Origin: an uncultured Verrucomicrobiae bacterium
GTDB taxonomy: Bacteria; Verrucomicrobiota; Verrucomicrobiia; Limisphaerales; UBA11358
Direction: 5' to 3'
Length of the DNA stretch: 64,000 bases
NCBI GenBank assembly: GCA_963744965.1
Contig: CAVUVT010000007.1
Span: 16,642 to 80,641, forward strand
A model generated the notes under the pieces. That model was given only the letters and a program-made list of their open reading frames with translations, was not told the origin of the DNA and did no database searches. How positions within the stretch are numbered: position 1 is the first letter of the stretch; the number at the start of each line of letters is the position of its first letter. Positions 31,245-41,480 of the stretch are shown here, one piece after another. Both the position numbers and the translations under genes were made by a program.

Positions 31245-31847
31245 CTCATTAACACCCCGCTGCAGCGGGGTGAAAAAATGCGGGAGCGCGGAAAGAACCG
31301 TTTTAACGGTTTTCTTTCGGAATGGTGAAAGGGGGAAATATGTCATTGCACTTTTACTCGAAAGTCTGGGTTCACTTGGCATGGGCGACGCTGGCGTGTG
31401 AGCCGATGCTCTCGAAGTCGGCGGCGGCAAATGCCTCTGTTTGGCTGACTGACTACTCGAAACAAAAGAACATTTATCTGAAGATCAATTATTTCAATCC
31501 TGACCATGTTCACACCTTGATTGACTTGCCGACAAATCTCTGTGTCGAAGAAGCGGTGCAATTGTTCAAGGGCGGCTCGTCGCGTTGGATTAACGAGCAA
31601 ACGTTGATCCCCGGCAGGTTTTCCTGGGGGCGCGGCTACGGAGCGTTCTCGGTTTCGGAGTCGGCGGTGGCGGAAGTTGCGGCTTACATCGTGAACCAGG
31701 AAGAGCATCATCGCAAAAGGAGTTTTACGGACGAATTGAAACTTTTTGTCGAACGATACGGCTTGGAATGGCACGATGTGGAAACCGTTGAAACGGTTTC
31801 TCCCGCATTTCGGGTTGGGCAACACCCAGCTAAAGCAGGGTGTTAAT
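31245..31847 (+). mobile_element. Autonomous family-A element carrying an IS200/RAYT-type HUH transposase
   Basis: Same terminal hairpins and inner palindromes as the family-A repeats, flanking the transposase ORF. Confidence 0.8.
31340..31846 (+). CDS. IS200/IS605-like (Y1 HUH) transposase
   Basis: HLAWAT, DHVH (HUH), FSWGRGYGAFSVS, YIVNQEEHH (catalytic Tyr). Confidence 0.9.
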   Translation: MSLHFYSKVWVHLAWATLACEPMLSKSAAANASVWLTDYSKQKNIYLKINYFNPDHVHTLIDLPTNLCVEEAVQLFKGGSSRWINEQTLIPGRFSWGRGYGAFSVSESAVAEVAAYIVNQEEHHRKRSFTDELKLFVERYGLEWHDVETVETVSPAFRVGQHPAKAGC

Positions 31848-31856
31848 AAAAAACGA

Positions 31857-32399
31857 ATGATCGTCAAGCGCAAACCGTTGAATCTTTGGGAACGGCTTTA
31901 CCTGCCGGCGATTGCCGGCGGGTTCCAGGTCACGCTCCGTCATTTCTTCAAGCGGAAGGTGACGATGCAATATCCCGAGGAAAAATGGGCCGTGCCGCCG
32001 GACTACCGCGGCGCGCCCTATCTCGTGCGTGATCAGGATGGCAACACCAAGTGCGTCTCCTGCCAGCTTTGCGAATTCGTCTGCCCGCCTAAGGCCATCA
32101 AAATCATTCCGCCCGGCCCGGCTGGCCCGCTGGCCGACCGACCGAACGCGGAAAAGATGCCGCTCGAATTCGAGATCAACATGCTCCGCTGCATCTTCTG
32201 CGGCTTTTGCCAGGAAGTCTGCCCGGAGGAGGCCATTTTCCTGCAAAAGGATTATTCGCTCACCGGCACCAGCCGCGCCGAGATGATTTACAACAAACAA
32301 AAACTGCTCGAACTCGGCGGCACGCACGGCGGCGTCCAGAAATGGAAACACAAGCTGGAAGAAGCCAATGAACAGGAAAATTTTCCGGTGAAAGTCTGA
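31857..32399 (+). CDS. nuoI: NADH-quinone oxidoreductase subunit I
   Basis: CVSCQLCEFVCP and CIFCGFCQEVCP. Confidence 0.95.
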   Translation: MIVKRKPLNLWERLYLPAIAGGFQVTLRHFFKRKVTMQYPEEKWAVPPDYRGAPYLVRDQDGNTKCVSCQLCEFVCPPKAIKIIPPGPAGPLADRPNAEKMPLEFEINMLRCIFCGFCQEVCPEEAIFLQKDYSLTGTSRAEMIYNKQKLLELGGTHGGVQKWKHKLEEANEQENFPVKV

Positions 32400-32511
32400 C
32401 CTGATGAAAATTGAATTGTTAAATCGTTACATGGTTAAATCGGTGACTTGTCGCGCTGGCTGGAGTTGCATTGCAACGATTCAACCATTTAACAAATCAA
32501 CCATTTAACGA

Positions 32512-33021
32512 ATGTCACTGCCCGACATTTTATTTTACGTGTTCGCGTTCCTGACGCTGCTGTGCGGCGGGCTGGTCGTCGCCAATCCGTTCAGCCGCAA
32601 CCCGGTCACGAGCGCGATGTTTCTGGTGCTGACCTTCATTTCGATGGCCGGGCTGTTCGTGCTGCTGCACGCGTTCTTCCTCGCGGCGGTGCAAATCCTC
32701 GTCTATGCCGGCGCGGTCATGGTGCTCTTCCTGTTTGTCATCATGCTGCTGGATTTGAAGGAGGAGGAACGCCGCAAAATAAAAATGTTCAGCCTGATCG
32801 GCGGATTGGTTTCCGTCGGCGCCATTTTGATGATTTTTGTGAGATCCATTCTGGCGGCGAAGCCGGGCGCTAATTTGTCCGCGCCCGCGTTGGAGGGAGA
32901 AACCGCCGCGCTTGGCAAACTGTTGTTTACGCAATACCTGCTGCCTTTCGAAGTCGTCTCCGTGCTGCTGCTCGTGGCGATGATGGGCGTGATTTTGTTG
33001 AGCAAAAAGGATCTGAAGTGA
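32512..33021 (+). CDS. nuoJ: NADH-quinone oxidoreductase subunit J
   Basis: QILVYAGAVMVLFLFVIMLL, YLLPFE. Confidence 0.95.
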   Translation: MSLPDILFYVFAFLTLLCGGLVVANPFSRNPVTSAMFLVLTFISMAGLFVLLHAFFLAAVQILVYAGAVMVLFLFVIMLLDLKEEERRKIKMFSLIGGLVSVGAILMIFVRSILAAKPGANLSAPALEGETAALGKLLFTQYLLPFEVVSVLLLVAMMGVILLSKKDLK

Positions 33022-33124
33022 AAAGTAATTCGTTAACCTTGTTAAATGAGTCAAACGGGTCGGAAGCCCGCGCCGCCGGCGCGTATTTAACCCATTTAAC
33101 CAATCACTTATTTAACCAACCAAC

Positions 33125-33430
33125 ATGAACGTCGGACTCGAACATTATCTGGCCGTCAGCGCCTTGCTGTTCTGCCTGGGCCTGCTCGGCGTCATCACGC
33201 GGCGCAACCTGCTGGTGATGTACATGTCGCTGGAGCTGATGCTCAACGCGGCCAACCTCGCGCTGGTCGCGTTCTCGCGGTTCACCAACAACCTGAACGG
33301 CCAGATTCTGGTTTTCTTCATCATCACCGTCGCGGCGGCGGAAGTGTCCGTCGGCCTGGCACTCATCGTCGCGCTCTACCGCAAACGCCAGACCGCGCAC
33401 GTCGAGGATTTGACCACCATGAAGCTGTAA
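33125..33430 (+). CDS. nuoK: NADH-quinone oxidoreductase subunit K
   Basis: ELMLNAANL, VAAAEVSVGLA. Confidence 0.96.
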   Translation: MNVGLEHYLAVSALLFCLGLLGVITRRNLLVMYMSLELMLNAANLALVAFSRFTNNLNGQILVFFIITVAAAEVSVGLALIVALYRKRQTAHVEDLTTMKL

Positions 33431-33591
33431 TTTTTGCCACGGATGAAACACAGATTGAACACAGATAAAACGTCCGCAGATTTCGCCGATGGGCGCAGAT
33501 TGAATTTATTGGAACCAAATCTGCGAAAATCTGCGCCATCTGCGGATAAAAAATCCATGTTTCACCTGTGTGCATCTGTGGCTGGTAAAAA

Positions 33592-35532
33592 ATGAAATAC
33601 GAAATTTTTCCTTGGTTGATTTTGTTTCTGCCGCTGCTCTCAGCGGCGGTGATAACGCTTTTCACTTTACGTTGCCGCACGACGAGCGCTCTCCTGTCCA
33701 TCGGTGCCATCGTCACCGGCTTTATCCTCACGATTGTTTTCATCGCCAACAATGGCTGGACACCCGCGCCTTCCGAGCTAACAACCAACTGGCTCTCCAT
33801 CGGCAACCTGAACATTGATTTCGGGCTGAAGCTCGACGCGTTGAGCCTGATGATGATGCTCATCGTCACCGGCGTGGGCGGCGCGATTCACATTTATTCG
33901 TTCGGGTACATGAGCGAAGACCGCGGGTTTTCTCGCTTTTTCGCGTGCATGAGTTTGTTCACGTTCTCAATGCTCGGCATCGTGCTGGCGAACAATTTCA
34001 TCCAGCTTTTCATCTTCTGGGAACTCGTTGGCGTGTCCAGTTACCTGCTCATCGGGTTTTGGTTTGAAAAACCCAGCGCGGCGGACGCGGCCAAAAAAGC
34101 GTTCATCGCCAACCGGCTTGGCGACTTTGGATTTCTCCTTGGAATAATCGCACTTTGGGGTATTTCGAGTCATTGGGGCAATTCGGGTCATGGATTGAAT
34201 TTGTTAAATTTCGATACAGCGAGCAGTTTTGTAAGACAGAACATTGACTGGGCAAATCCAGGTCGAGAGGTGCTGTATCCTTCACCGTCCGATCTCAATC
34301 TTCCATTCACTATAATTGGCCTTCTGATTTTCTGCGGTGCGATGGGCAAATCCGCGCAATTCCCTCTGCACGTCTGGCTGCCGGACGCGATGGAAGGCCC
34401 GACACCGGTTTCCGCCTTGATCCACGCCGCGACGATGGTGGCCGCCGGCGTTTATATGCTTTGCCGGACGATTTCGATTTATACTCCGGACGCACTCCAC
34501 GTTATCGCTTACATCGGCGGATTCACCGCGTTACTCGCCGCGTTGATTGCCATCCAGCAAAACGACATCAAACGCATCCTGGCCTACTCGACGCTTTCAC
34601 AACTCGGCTACATGGTCATGGCTGTTGGGTTGAGTGGCCCGACGGCTGCGATGTTTCACCTGACCACGCACGCATTTTTCAAGGCATTGCTGTTCCTGGG
34701 CGCCGGCTCGGTCATCATCGCGCTCCATCACGAGCAGGACATCTGGAAGATGGGCGGGCTGCGCCAGAAAATGCCGGTGACATTCTGGACGTTCCTGTTC
34801 GCCACGCTGGCCTTGTGCGGTGTGCCGCCGTTCAGCGGATTTTACTCGAAGGATTCCATTCTGGCGCAGGCGCTGGAACAAAAAAATTATCCGCTCTTCG
34901 TGCTGGGCGCGGCAGTGGCGGGTTTGACGGCGTTTTACATGTTCCGACTTTTCTATATCGCATTCGTCGGCAAATCCCGGACGGAAGCTGCCGGCCACGC
35001 ACACGAATCGCCGGTGGTCATGACCTGGCCGTTGATTGTGCTCGCGGTGTTCTCGGTCATCGGCGGGATCATTGGCGTGAGCGGAATTTACGCGGCGCAA
35101 TTCTCCCCGGAAGAATCCGGCGCCTCGCTGGCACAAGGAATCATCGAGCCGTTTGTGAAATCGCCGGGTGGAGCGCTGATTGGCCTGGCGTTTGTGGCGG
35201 CCGGTTTCTTTGCCGCGCGGGCGTTGTATCAGAACGCCCCAGACGATCCGCTGCCCGCCAAGCTGGGCAAATTCGCCACGGCGATGAAGAACAAGTTTTA
35301 CTTCGACGAAATTTACGAGGCCACCTTCATCCGCGCGCATGATTTCATCGCGGCGGTGGCGGATTTCATTGACCGCTGGGTGGTGGATTGGGGCGGCATC
35401 GGCCTGGTGCGCGGCGGCACGGATTTCACCAGCCGCGCGCTGCGCCTCATGCAAACCGGCAACCTCCAGACCTACGTCTTCCTGTTCGCGCTCGGCGTGG
35501 CCGTGGTGCTGTGGTTCGTGCTTGGAAAATGA
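33592..35532 (+). CDS. nuoL: NADH-quinone oxidoreductase subunit L
   Basis: KSAQFPLHVWLPDAMEGPTPVSALIHAATMV, AYSTLSQLG, HAFFKALLF. Confidence 0.97.
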   Translation: MKYEIFPWLILFLPLLSAAVITLFTLRCRTTSALLSIGAIVTGFILTIVFIANNGWTPAPSELTTNWLSIGNLNIDFGLKLDALSLMMMLIVTGVGGAIHIYSFGYMSEDRGFSRFFACMSLFTFSMLGIVLANNFIQLFIFWELVGVSSYLLIGFWFEKPSAADAAKKAFIANRLGDFGFLLGIIALWGISSHWGNSGHGLNLLNFDTASSFVRQNIDWANPGREVLYPSPSDLNLPFTIIGLLIFCGAMGKSAQFPLHVWLPDAMEGPTPVSALIHAATMVAAGVYMLCRTISIYTPDALHVIAYIGGFTALLAALIAIQQNDIKRILAYSTLSQLGYMVMAVGLSGPTAAMFHLTTHAFFKALLFLGAGSVIIALHHEQDIWKMGGLRQKMPVTFWTFLFATLALCGVPPFSGFYSKDSILAQALEQKNYPLFVLGAAVAGLTAFYMFRLFYIAFVGKSRTEAAGHAHESPVVMTWPLIVLAVFSVIGGIIGVSGIYAAQFSPEESGASLAQGIIEPFVKSPGGALIGLAFVAAGFFAARALYQNAPDDPLPAKLGKFATAMKNKFYFDEIYEATFIRAHDFIAAVADFIDRWVVDWGGIGLVRGGTDFTSRALRLMQTGNLQTYVFLFALGVAVVLWFVLGK

Positions 35533-35594
35533 ACATGAGAATTCAACGCAAAGACGCAAAGAGCAAGGATGTCGAGAGCCGTCTATGGCTGTCG

Positions 35595-35747
35595 GTAGCA
35601 CCCGCCTCCGGCGGGTTCAATTCGGCGTCCCGCCGAATTGCCTCGGCGCGCGTGCGATTTATGTGGCCCGGGCGATCAACGACAAACCGTGCCTCCAAAA
35701 GGTTTCGGGCGCGACGCCCGAAACCACCCGCGGGACGCGGGTGCTAC
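35595..35747. repeat. 153-bp GTAG-type REPIN, family B
   Basis: GTAGCACCCGC...AATTCGGCGTCCCGCCGAATT...TTTCGGGCGCGACGCCCGAAA...GCGGGTGCTAC. Confidence 0.88.
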
Positions 35748-35797
35748 ATCATTATTCTTGGTGGGCTAGTGTCCTGACAGTTCAAAAAAAATTAGCG

Positions 35798-37489
35798 ATG
35801 TCCATTTTAACTTACATTTTGGGTTGGCCGCTGATTGCGGCGATTGTGCTGGTGTTCGTGCCGCGCAATTATCGCGTCATCATCCGCGCCGTCGCCCTCC
35901 TGGCCACGTTCATTTCGATGCTGCTGGCGGTGAAAATGTTCTGCCAGTTTGTCACCGGCCAGGCGGGTTATCAGTTTGAGCAGCAAATCCCGTGGGTGCC
36001 GTCACTCGGCATCAGCTATCACGTCGGCGTGGACGGCTTGAACGTCGGCTTGATTTTGATGGGCGCGATTGTGGCGTTCGCGGCGGCGTGTTGCTCGTTC
36101 GAAATCAAGTCGCGCGAGAAGGAGTTTTACATTTTGCTGCTCGTGATGACCGGCGGCATCCTCGGCGCTTTCGCGTCGCTGGATCTGTTCTTCTTTTATT
36201 TCCTGCACGAACTCGCGCTGGTGCCGACGTTCATTATGATTGGCGTCTGGGGACGCGGTGAACGGAAGAATTACGCGACGTTCCAGATCACCCTTTACCT
36301 CAGCATCGGCGCCCTGATTGCGCTCATCGGCCTCATCGCGCTTTACCTACAGGCTGGCGCGAACACGTTCGACATTCCGAAACTCACCGAATACGTCCAG
36401 GCGCACCCGCTGGCTGCACATTCGCAGAATTTCATTTTCCCGCTGCTGCTGTTCGGCTTCGGCATTCTGGTGTCGCTCTGGCCGTTTCACACCTGGGCAC
36501 CACTGGGTTACGGTTCCGCGCCGTCGCCGACGGCGATGCTGCACGCGGGCGTGCTGAAAAAATTCGGGCTTTACGGTTTGATCCGCATCGCGCTGCCGCT
36601 GATGCCACAGGCGGCACAACATTGGATGCAAATCCTCGCCTGGCTCTGTCTTGGGAACATTCTTTACGTCGGCTGGGTGGCCATGCGGCAGCGCAACCTG
36701 AACCTGCTCATCGGCAACTCCAGCGTAGCGCACATGGGCTTTGTTTTCCTTGGTATTGCCAGCCTGAACCTCATCGGCGTGACGGGCGCGGTGGTCATCA
36801 TGGTTGCGCACGGCTTCCTTGCGGCGCTGACGTTCGGCCTGAGCGGCTACATTTACCGGCAGACCGGCACACTGGAGATGAGTGAACTCGGCGGACTGGC
36901 GCGCAGGCTGCCGTTCATCGGCACGGCGCTGTTGATGGCGGCGCTGGCCGGCTGCGGGCTGCCGGGGTTCGCGAATTTCGTCGGTGAAGTCACCGTGTTC
37001 TTCGGCGCGTGGCAGGTGTTTCCGCTCGTGACCAGTCTCGCGATTTGGGGCGCGTTGATGATTGGCGCGCTCTACATGTTGCGCGCGATGCGGAACGTTT
37101 TGCACGGCCCGCTGCCGGAAAAGTGGGCGGGCATTTCCGATGCGTCGAATGTCTGGCGCAAGCTGCCTTACGCGCTGTTGCTGGCCTGCCTGTTGGTGTT
37201 CGGCTGTTTCCCGCGCCTGCTCACGGAAAAAATCACGCCGGATGCGGAGAGGATTGTGCGCATGGTGCGAGGCGAAACGGTTGCTGTGGGTAGCACCCGC
37301 GTCTCGCGGGTTCAATTCGGCGTCCCGCCGAATTGCGTCGGCGCACGCACGATTGGTTTTGATCAGACGAAAGACGGCAAGCTGAGTTCGCAAACAGTTT
37401 CGGGCGCGACGCCCGAAACAACCCGCGGGACGCGGGTGCTACAAAACGTTTCCGTCCGCATTTTGATAAGTAACACAACTTTGAATTGA
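35798..37489 (+). CDS. nuoM: NADH-quinone oxidoreductase subunit M, with a repeat-derived C-terminal extension
   Basis: PFHTWAP, AGVLKKFGLYG, SSVAHMG, GLPGFANFVGE; real start MSILTYILGW. Confidence 0.94.
   Translation: MSILTYILGWPLIAAIVLVFVPRNYRVIIRAVALLATFISMLLAVKMFCQFVTGQAGYQFEQQIPWVPSLGISYHVGVDGLNVGLILMGAIVAFAAACCSFEIKSREKEFYILLLVMTGGILGAFASLDLFFFYFLHELALVPTFIMIGVWGRGERKNYATFQITLYLSIGALIALIGLIALYLQAGANTFDIPKLTEYVQAHPLAAHSQNFIFPLLLFGFGILVSLWPFHTWAPLGYGSAPSPTAMLHAGVLKKFGLYGLIRIALPLMPQAAQHWMQILAWLCLGNILYVGWVAMRQRNLNLLIGNSSVAHMGFVFLGIASLNLIGVTGAVVIMVAHGFLAALTFGLSGYIYRQTGTLEMSELGGLARRLPFIGTALLMAALAGCGLPGFANFVGEVTVFFGAWQVFPLVTSLAIWGALMIGALYMLRAMRNVLHGPLPEKWAGISDASNVWRKLPYALLLACLLVFGCFPRLLTEKITPDAERIVRMVRGETVAVGSTRVSRVQFGVPPNCVGARTIGFDQTKDGKLSSQTVSGATPETTRGTRVLQNVSVRILISNTTLN
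37290..37442. repeat. 153-bp REPIN, family B, inside the nuoM 3' end
   Basis: Same length and arms as 35595-35747. Confidence 0.88.
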
Positions 37490-38931
37490 TGAACGCATCC
37501 CTGCTCAATCTGGAAATCTGGGTGATCGGCCTCGGCCTCGTGCTGATGCTCGCGGATTTTTGGGTGCCCGCCGAACGCAAGCGCTTCCTGGGTTACGCTG
37601 CCGCGGCGGCGCTGGCGGTGTTGCTGGTCCTGAACCTGGGCCATTGCGCCACCGGCACCGCCTTCAACGGCATGTTCGTCCAAGACGGGCTGGCCGTGTT
37701 TTTCAAGTGCTTCTTCATCATTGCCGCGATTCTCGTGCTGTTCATGGCGGTGGAATTTTCCGATCGTATCGCGTCGGGCATTTCCGAGTATTATTCACTG
37801 ATCGTTTTTGCCCTGTCGGGAATGTTGTTTGCCGCGTCGGCGAACAACTTCGCAATGCTGTTCGTTTCGATTGAACTGATCACCGTCACGTTTTACGTGC
37901 TTACGAGCTTTCAACGCGGTCGGCTCGTGTCGCTCGAAGCGGGCGTGAAATACCTGATTCTGGGCGCCTTGTCGTCGGCGTTCATGGTCTATGGCATCGC
38001 GCTGGTGTGGGGAACGACCGGCAAGCTCAACTTCAACGAACTGGCCTCGGTCGCCGGCCAGTTTGCCGGGAATAAAATCTTCCTGCTCGGCATGGTGCTG
38101 GTGCTGGTGGGCCTCGGATTCAAGATCGCCGCGTTTCCGTTCCAAATCTGGGCGCCGGACGTTTATCAGGGTGCGCCGACCCCGACGACGGCATTTCTGG
38201 CCGTCGGCTCCAAGGCCGCCGGGTTCGTTTTATTGCTGCGCGTTTTGTTCACGGCGATTCCCAGCGTATCGGCCCATTGGACAAACCCGTTGATCATCAT
38301 CTCCGGAATCACGATTCTTTACGGCAACCTGTGCGCGCTGCCGCAGCGCAACCTGAAACGGCTGCTGGGTTATTCGAGCATTGCGCACGCCGGTTATCTG
38401 CTGCTGGGCGTGGCGGCGTTGAGCGCGAGTGGACAGGCGGCGATGCTTTATTACCTGAGCGGCTATCTGTTCACGGTGCTGGGAGCATTCATGGTGATTT
38501 GCCTCGTGATGCGGCATCTGGAAAATGAGGACATTTCCGCGCTGGCCGGATTGAATCAACGTTCGCCGCTGGTGGCCACGACGCTGACGCTGGCGATGGT
38601 GTCGCTGGCGGGCATTCCGCCCCTGGCCGGATTTTTTGGTAAATTTTTGCTGCTGAAAGCCGTCCTTGAGCAAGGCGCGGCGAATCCGGGTTATTATTGC
38701 CTCGTGTTCACGGCGCTGGCGGGCGTGGTGATCTCGCTTTATTATTACTTCGGCGTCATCCGCGCGATTTACTGGAGCAGGGACGCGCCGGCTGATTTGT
38801 CGCCGATTTTACTTTCCGGCCCGGCCAAGGTTACCCTCGTGATTTGCATCGCCGGCATGTTCTGGATCGGATTGTTTCCGAACGTGATGGTCAACCTCGC
38901 AACCGAAGCGGTGAAGGCGCTGAAGTTGTAG
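37489..38931 (+). CDS. nuoN: NADH-quinone oxidoreductase subunit N
   Basis: EAGVKYLILG, FKIAAFPFQIWAPDVYQGAP, SLAGIPPLAGFFGK. Confidence 0.96.
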   Translation: MNASLLNLEIWVIGLGLVLMLADFWVPAERKRFLGYAAAAALAVLLVLNLGHCATGTAFNGMFVQDGLAVFFKCFFIIAAILVLFMAVEFSDRIASGISEYYSLIVFALSGMLFAASANNFAMLFVSIELITVTFYVLTSFQRGRLVSLEAGVKYLILGALSSAFMVYGIALVWGTTGKLNFNELASVAGQFAGNKIFLLGMVLVLVGLGFKIAAFPFQIWAPDVYQGAPTPTTAFLAVGSKAAGFVLLLRVLFTAIPSVSAHWTNPLIIISGITILYGNLCALPQRNLKRLLGYSSIAHAGYLLLGVAALSASGQAAMLYYLSGYLFTVLGAFMVICLVMRHLENEDISALAGLNQRSPLVATTLTLAMVSLAGIPPLAGFFGKFLLLKAVLEQGAANPGYYCLVFTALAGVVISLYYYFGVIRAIYWSRDAPADLSPILLSGPAKVTLVICIAGMFWIGLFPNVMVNLATEAVKALKL

Positions 38932-39065
38932 TGACTTGAAGAATAATTCCGGATGGCCGGAGCAAACGGGTTTATTAGGCGGGCTTGCGGGATGAAAAAA
39001 CTGGAATGGACTTGCCATTGTCCGGGATGGCCGCCATATTGCACCGCAAATTAAAGACAGATTTT

Positions 39066-39299
39066 ATGGCTGACGCTGCAAATCGCTATCCCGAAAACGT
39101 CCCGGGCAAATACTACGTGGACAACCAGTGCATTGACTGCGACCTGTGTCGCGAGACGGCGCCGGATAATTTCAAACGCAACGACGACGGCGGATACTCG
39201 TTTGTTTACAAACAGCCGGCATCGCCGGAGGAAGAAGGGCGTTGCAAGGAAGCCAAGGAGGGCTGTCCGGTTGAAGCCATCGGCGACAACGGCGCCTAA
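39066..39299 (+). CDS. Ferredoxin
   Basis: CIDCDLC ... CPVEAIG. Confidence 0.92.
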   Translation: MADAANRYPENVPGKYYVDNQCIDCDLCRETAPDNFKRNDDGGYSFVYKQPASPEEEGRCKEAKEGCPVEAIGDNGA

Positions 39300-39306
39300 T
39301 CGGCGC

Positions 39307-41345
39307 TTACGCGGCCGTGGCAATGCCGGAGTCCGCCGGCAATGAAACGCGGACGACCCCGGCCGGCCGGCCTGCGGCGGAACAATTTCCAGCTTGCCGT
39401 GGTGTGTCTCGATGATTTTCCGGCTGACGGTCAATCCCAGCCCCAAACCCACGTTGCGCGTGGTGAAAAACGGCGCGGGCGCCTTGCGCGCGGCCTCAGC
39501 GGTAAAGCCCGACCCGTTGTCCTGAACTTCAATCTGCACGTCCGGCGCTCCGCCGCGATTGACATCGGTGTGCAACGTGACGCCGATTTTCGGCTCCTTG
39601 GGATTCGCCTGAAGCGCATTGAGCATGATTTCAGCCAGTGCGTGTTTGAGCGCGGTGCGGTCGCCGGTAATGACGACGGGTTGGCCGCCGGTTTCAAACT
39701 GCAATTTGCCGGCCTCGGCGGTCTGATGTTTGCGCGCTTCCTGGTAGGCTTCCTCAATCAATTTTCCGACGGGGAAGGTTTCCTGTTCGATGTGCCCTTC
39801 GCGCGCGAGAAACCGCATCTGATTGATCAACCGCGTGACGCGCTTGACGCCGTCGGCGAGGGCCTGGTCGAGCGATTCGCGGAATTCCCGGTCCCGGTAT
39901 TTCTCCGCGAGCAACTGCTGGTGGGTGGCCAGCGGCACGAGCGCGTTGCCGATTTCGTGCGCGAGCCGGTCGGCCATGGCTTTGATGAGGCGCAGGTTCG
40001 CGGCCTCGACTTCCAGCCGCCGCAACTGTTCGGTCTGGGTGAGATCATCGGCGGTCAGCAACACGGAAACGGGCACGGTGGAATTTCCCTGCCGGAACGG
40101 CACGACACTGACGGTGTAAACCGTGCCCGGCGAATTTTCCGGTTCGTAGCGATAAGGCCCCATCGCCGCGCCGGTTTTCAGGACCTGATAAATTTTCGCG
40201 CCGAGCACCTGCGGCAGATCGCTGAATTCGAGTTCGCCGGTGCGTTTGTTCTTCTGGCCGAAGTGGCGGCGCGCGGCCTTGTTCGCGTGGAGCACCTTCA
40301 GGTCGCGTCCGACGACAATGCACGCGCTGCTGAGTTCGCGCAGCACGTCGGTCATCATCTCATGGTTGCCGGCCAGCCGGTCATGCAGTTCGATGTTGCA
40401 GAGGGCGAGGCCGACCTGCTCGAGCAGATGGAAAATGAGTTCCAGTTCGACGTTCACCAGCGGTTCGCCGGTGATGCGCACGTCGAAAACGGCCACGCCG
40501 GCAATCGCGTCCCGGGCGGGAATGGGCACGGCGACCTGCGCGCCGAGCAGTTCAAATTCCTTCTGCGTTTCGACGTCAGCCCGCGCCTCGTCGCTGTCGC
40601 GGCGGAGAATCCGGCCGAGCCGGGAAAGCTGGCCGCCGATGCCGGAATCGAGCGAGAGTCCCAGATGTTCGAGCAGCCCCGGCGAAAGGCCGATGGCGGC
40701 GACGGCCCGCAATCGGCGGCGGTCCTCCGGCAGGGGTGTTTCCGTGAGCGGCGAGGGACGGTTCAGGAAAATGGCGGCGCGGTTGACGCTGAGGATTTCG
40801 CGGAGGAACAGCAGGAATTGTTTCAACATCGCCTCGGCGTCCAGCGAATGGGTGAGAATGGACGAGAAATCGCTCAACACATCGAGCGTTTGTGACGCGC
40901 TGATGACGCGGGGGGGCGACGGTTCGGTCGTGCGGAAAAACGGGCTTCGCGCCGGCAGCGGCGCGGGCGCGGGGCGCCGGGTGGCCGGCGCATTCCATAA
41001 ACGTTCCAACAGCGAATTCAAAAGCCGGCTGCGAACCGGTTTGGCCAGCACGTGGGTGACGCCGCGCAAAAACGCCTCCTCCTCCCACTCGGACTGGGTG
41101 TTGGCTGTGAAAGCGATGAGGGGGGACCTGGCGTCGAGGCGGCGGAAACGTTCGATGACCCAGACCCCTTCGACACCCATCAAATCCACGTCGAGAATGC
41201 AGGCGTCGGCCAGTCCATGCACGAGCAGCGGCTCGGCTTCATCAACGCTGAGGCGGTGAACGACCTGGCATTGCTCCGGATTGAGACCCGCGCGAATGGT
41301 GTCGGCGAAATCCGGATGCGGAGACAATACCAAAATGGTTTTCAT
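39307..41345 (-). CDS. Receiver-GAF-PAS hybrid histidine kinase (frameshift near the C-terminus)
   Basis: AHEIGNAL, NALQA, DNGSG, FFTTR, GLGLGL; one extra G at 39357-39360 gives GVVRVSLPADSGIATAA* and removes the overlap with the ferredoxin. Confidence 0.8.
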
Positions 41346-41480
41346 CGCACTTCCAGGAAAAGTTGCCCGTACTCAGTACTCGGTTGCCACTTCTGTGGCT
41401 GTATATTCCACAATTCAAGCCCAAACGTCAATGGAATCTTGAGGCAATAATGCGGATTTTTTGGGCGTAAAACCGGAAAA

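Noticed and set aside
26182-31847. CRISPR array or integron attC array
   Set aside because: Repeats are dispersed inverted doublets, not regularly spaced direct repeats; no cas or integrase genes are present.
35339-35797. Long N-terminal extension of NuoM in the ORF track
   Set aside because: It overlaps nuoL and reads through a REPIN; NuoM similarity begins at ATG 35798.
39051-39306. Kinase C-terminus overlapping the ferredoxin antisense
   Set aside because: Explained by a single-base frameshift near 39357; the corrected frame stops at 39307.
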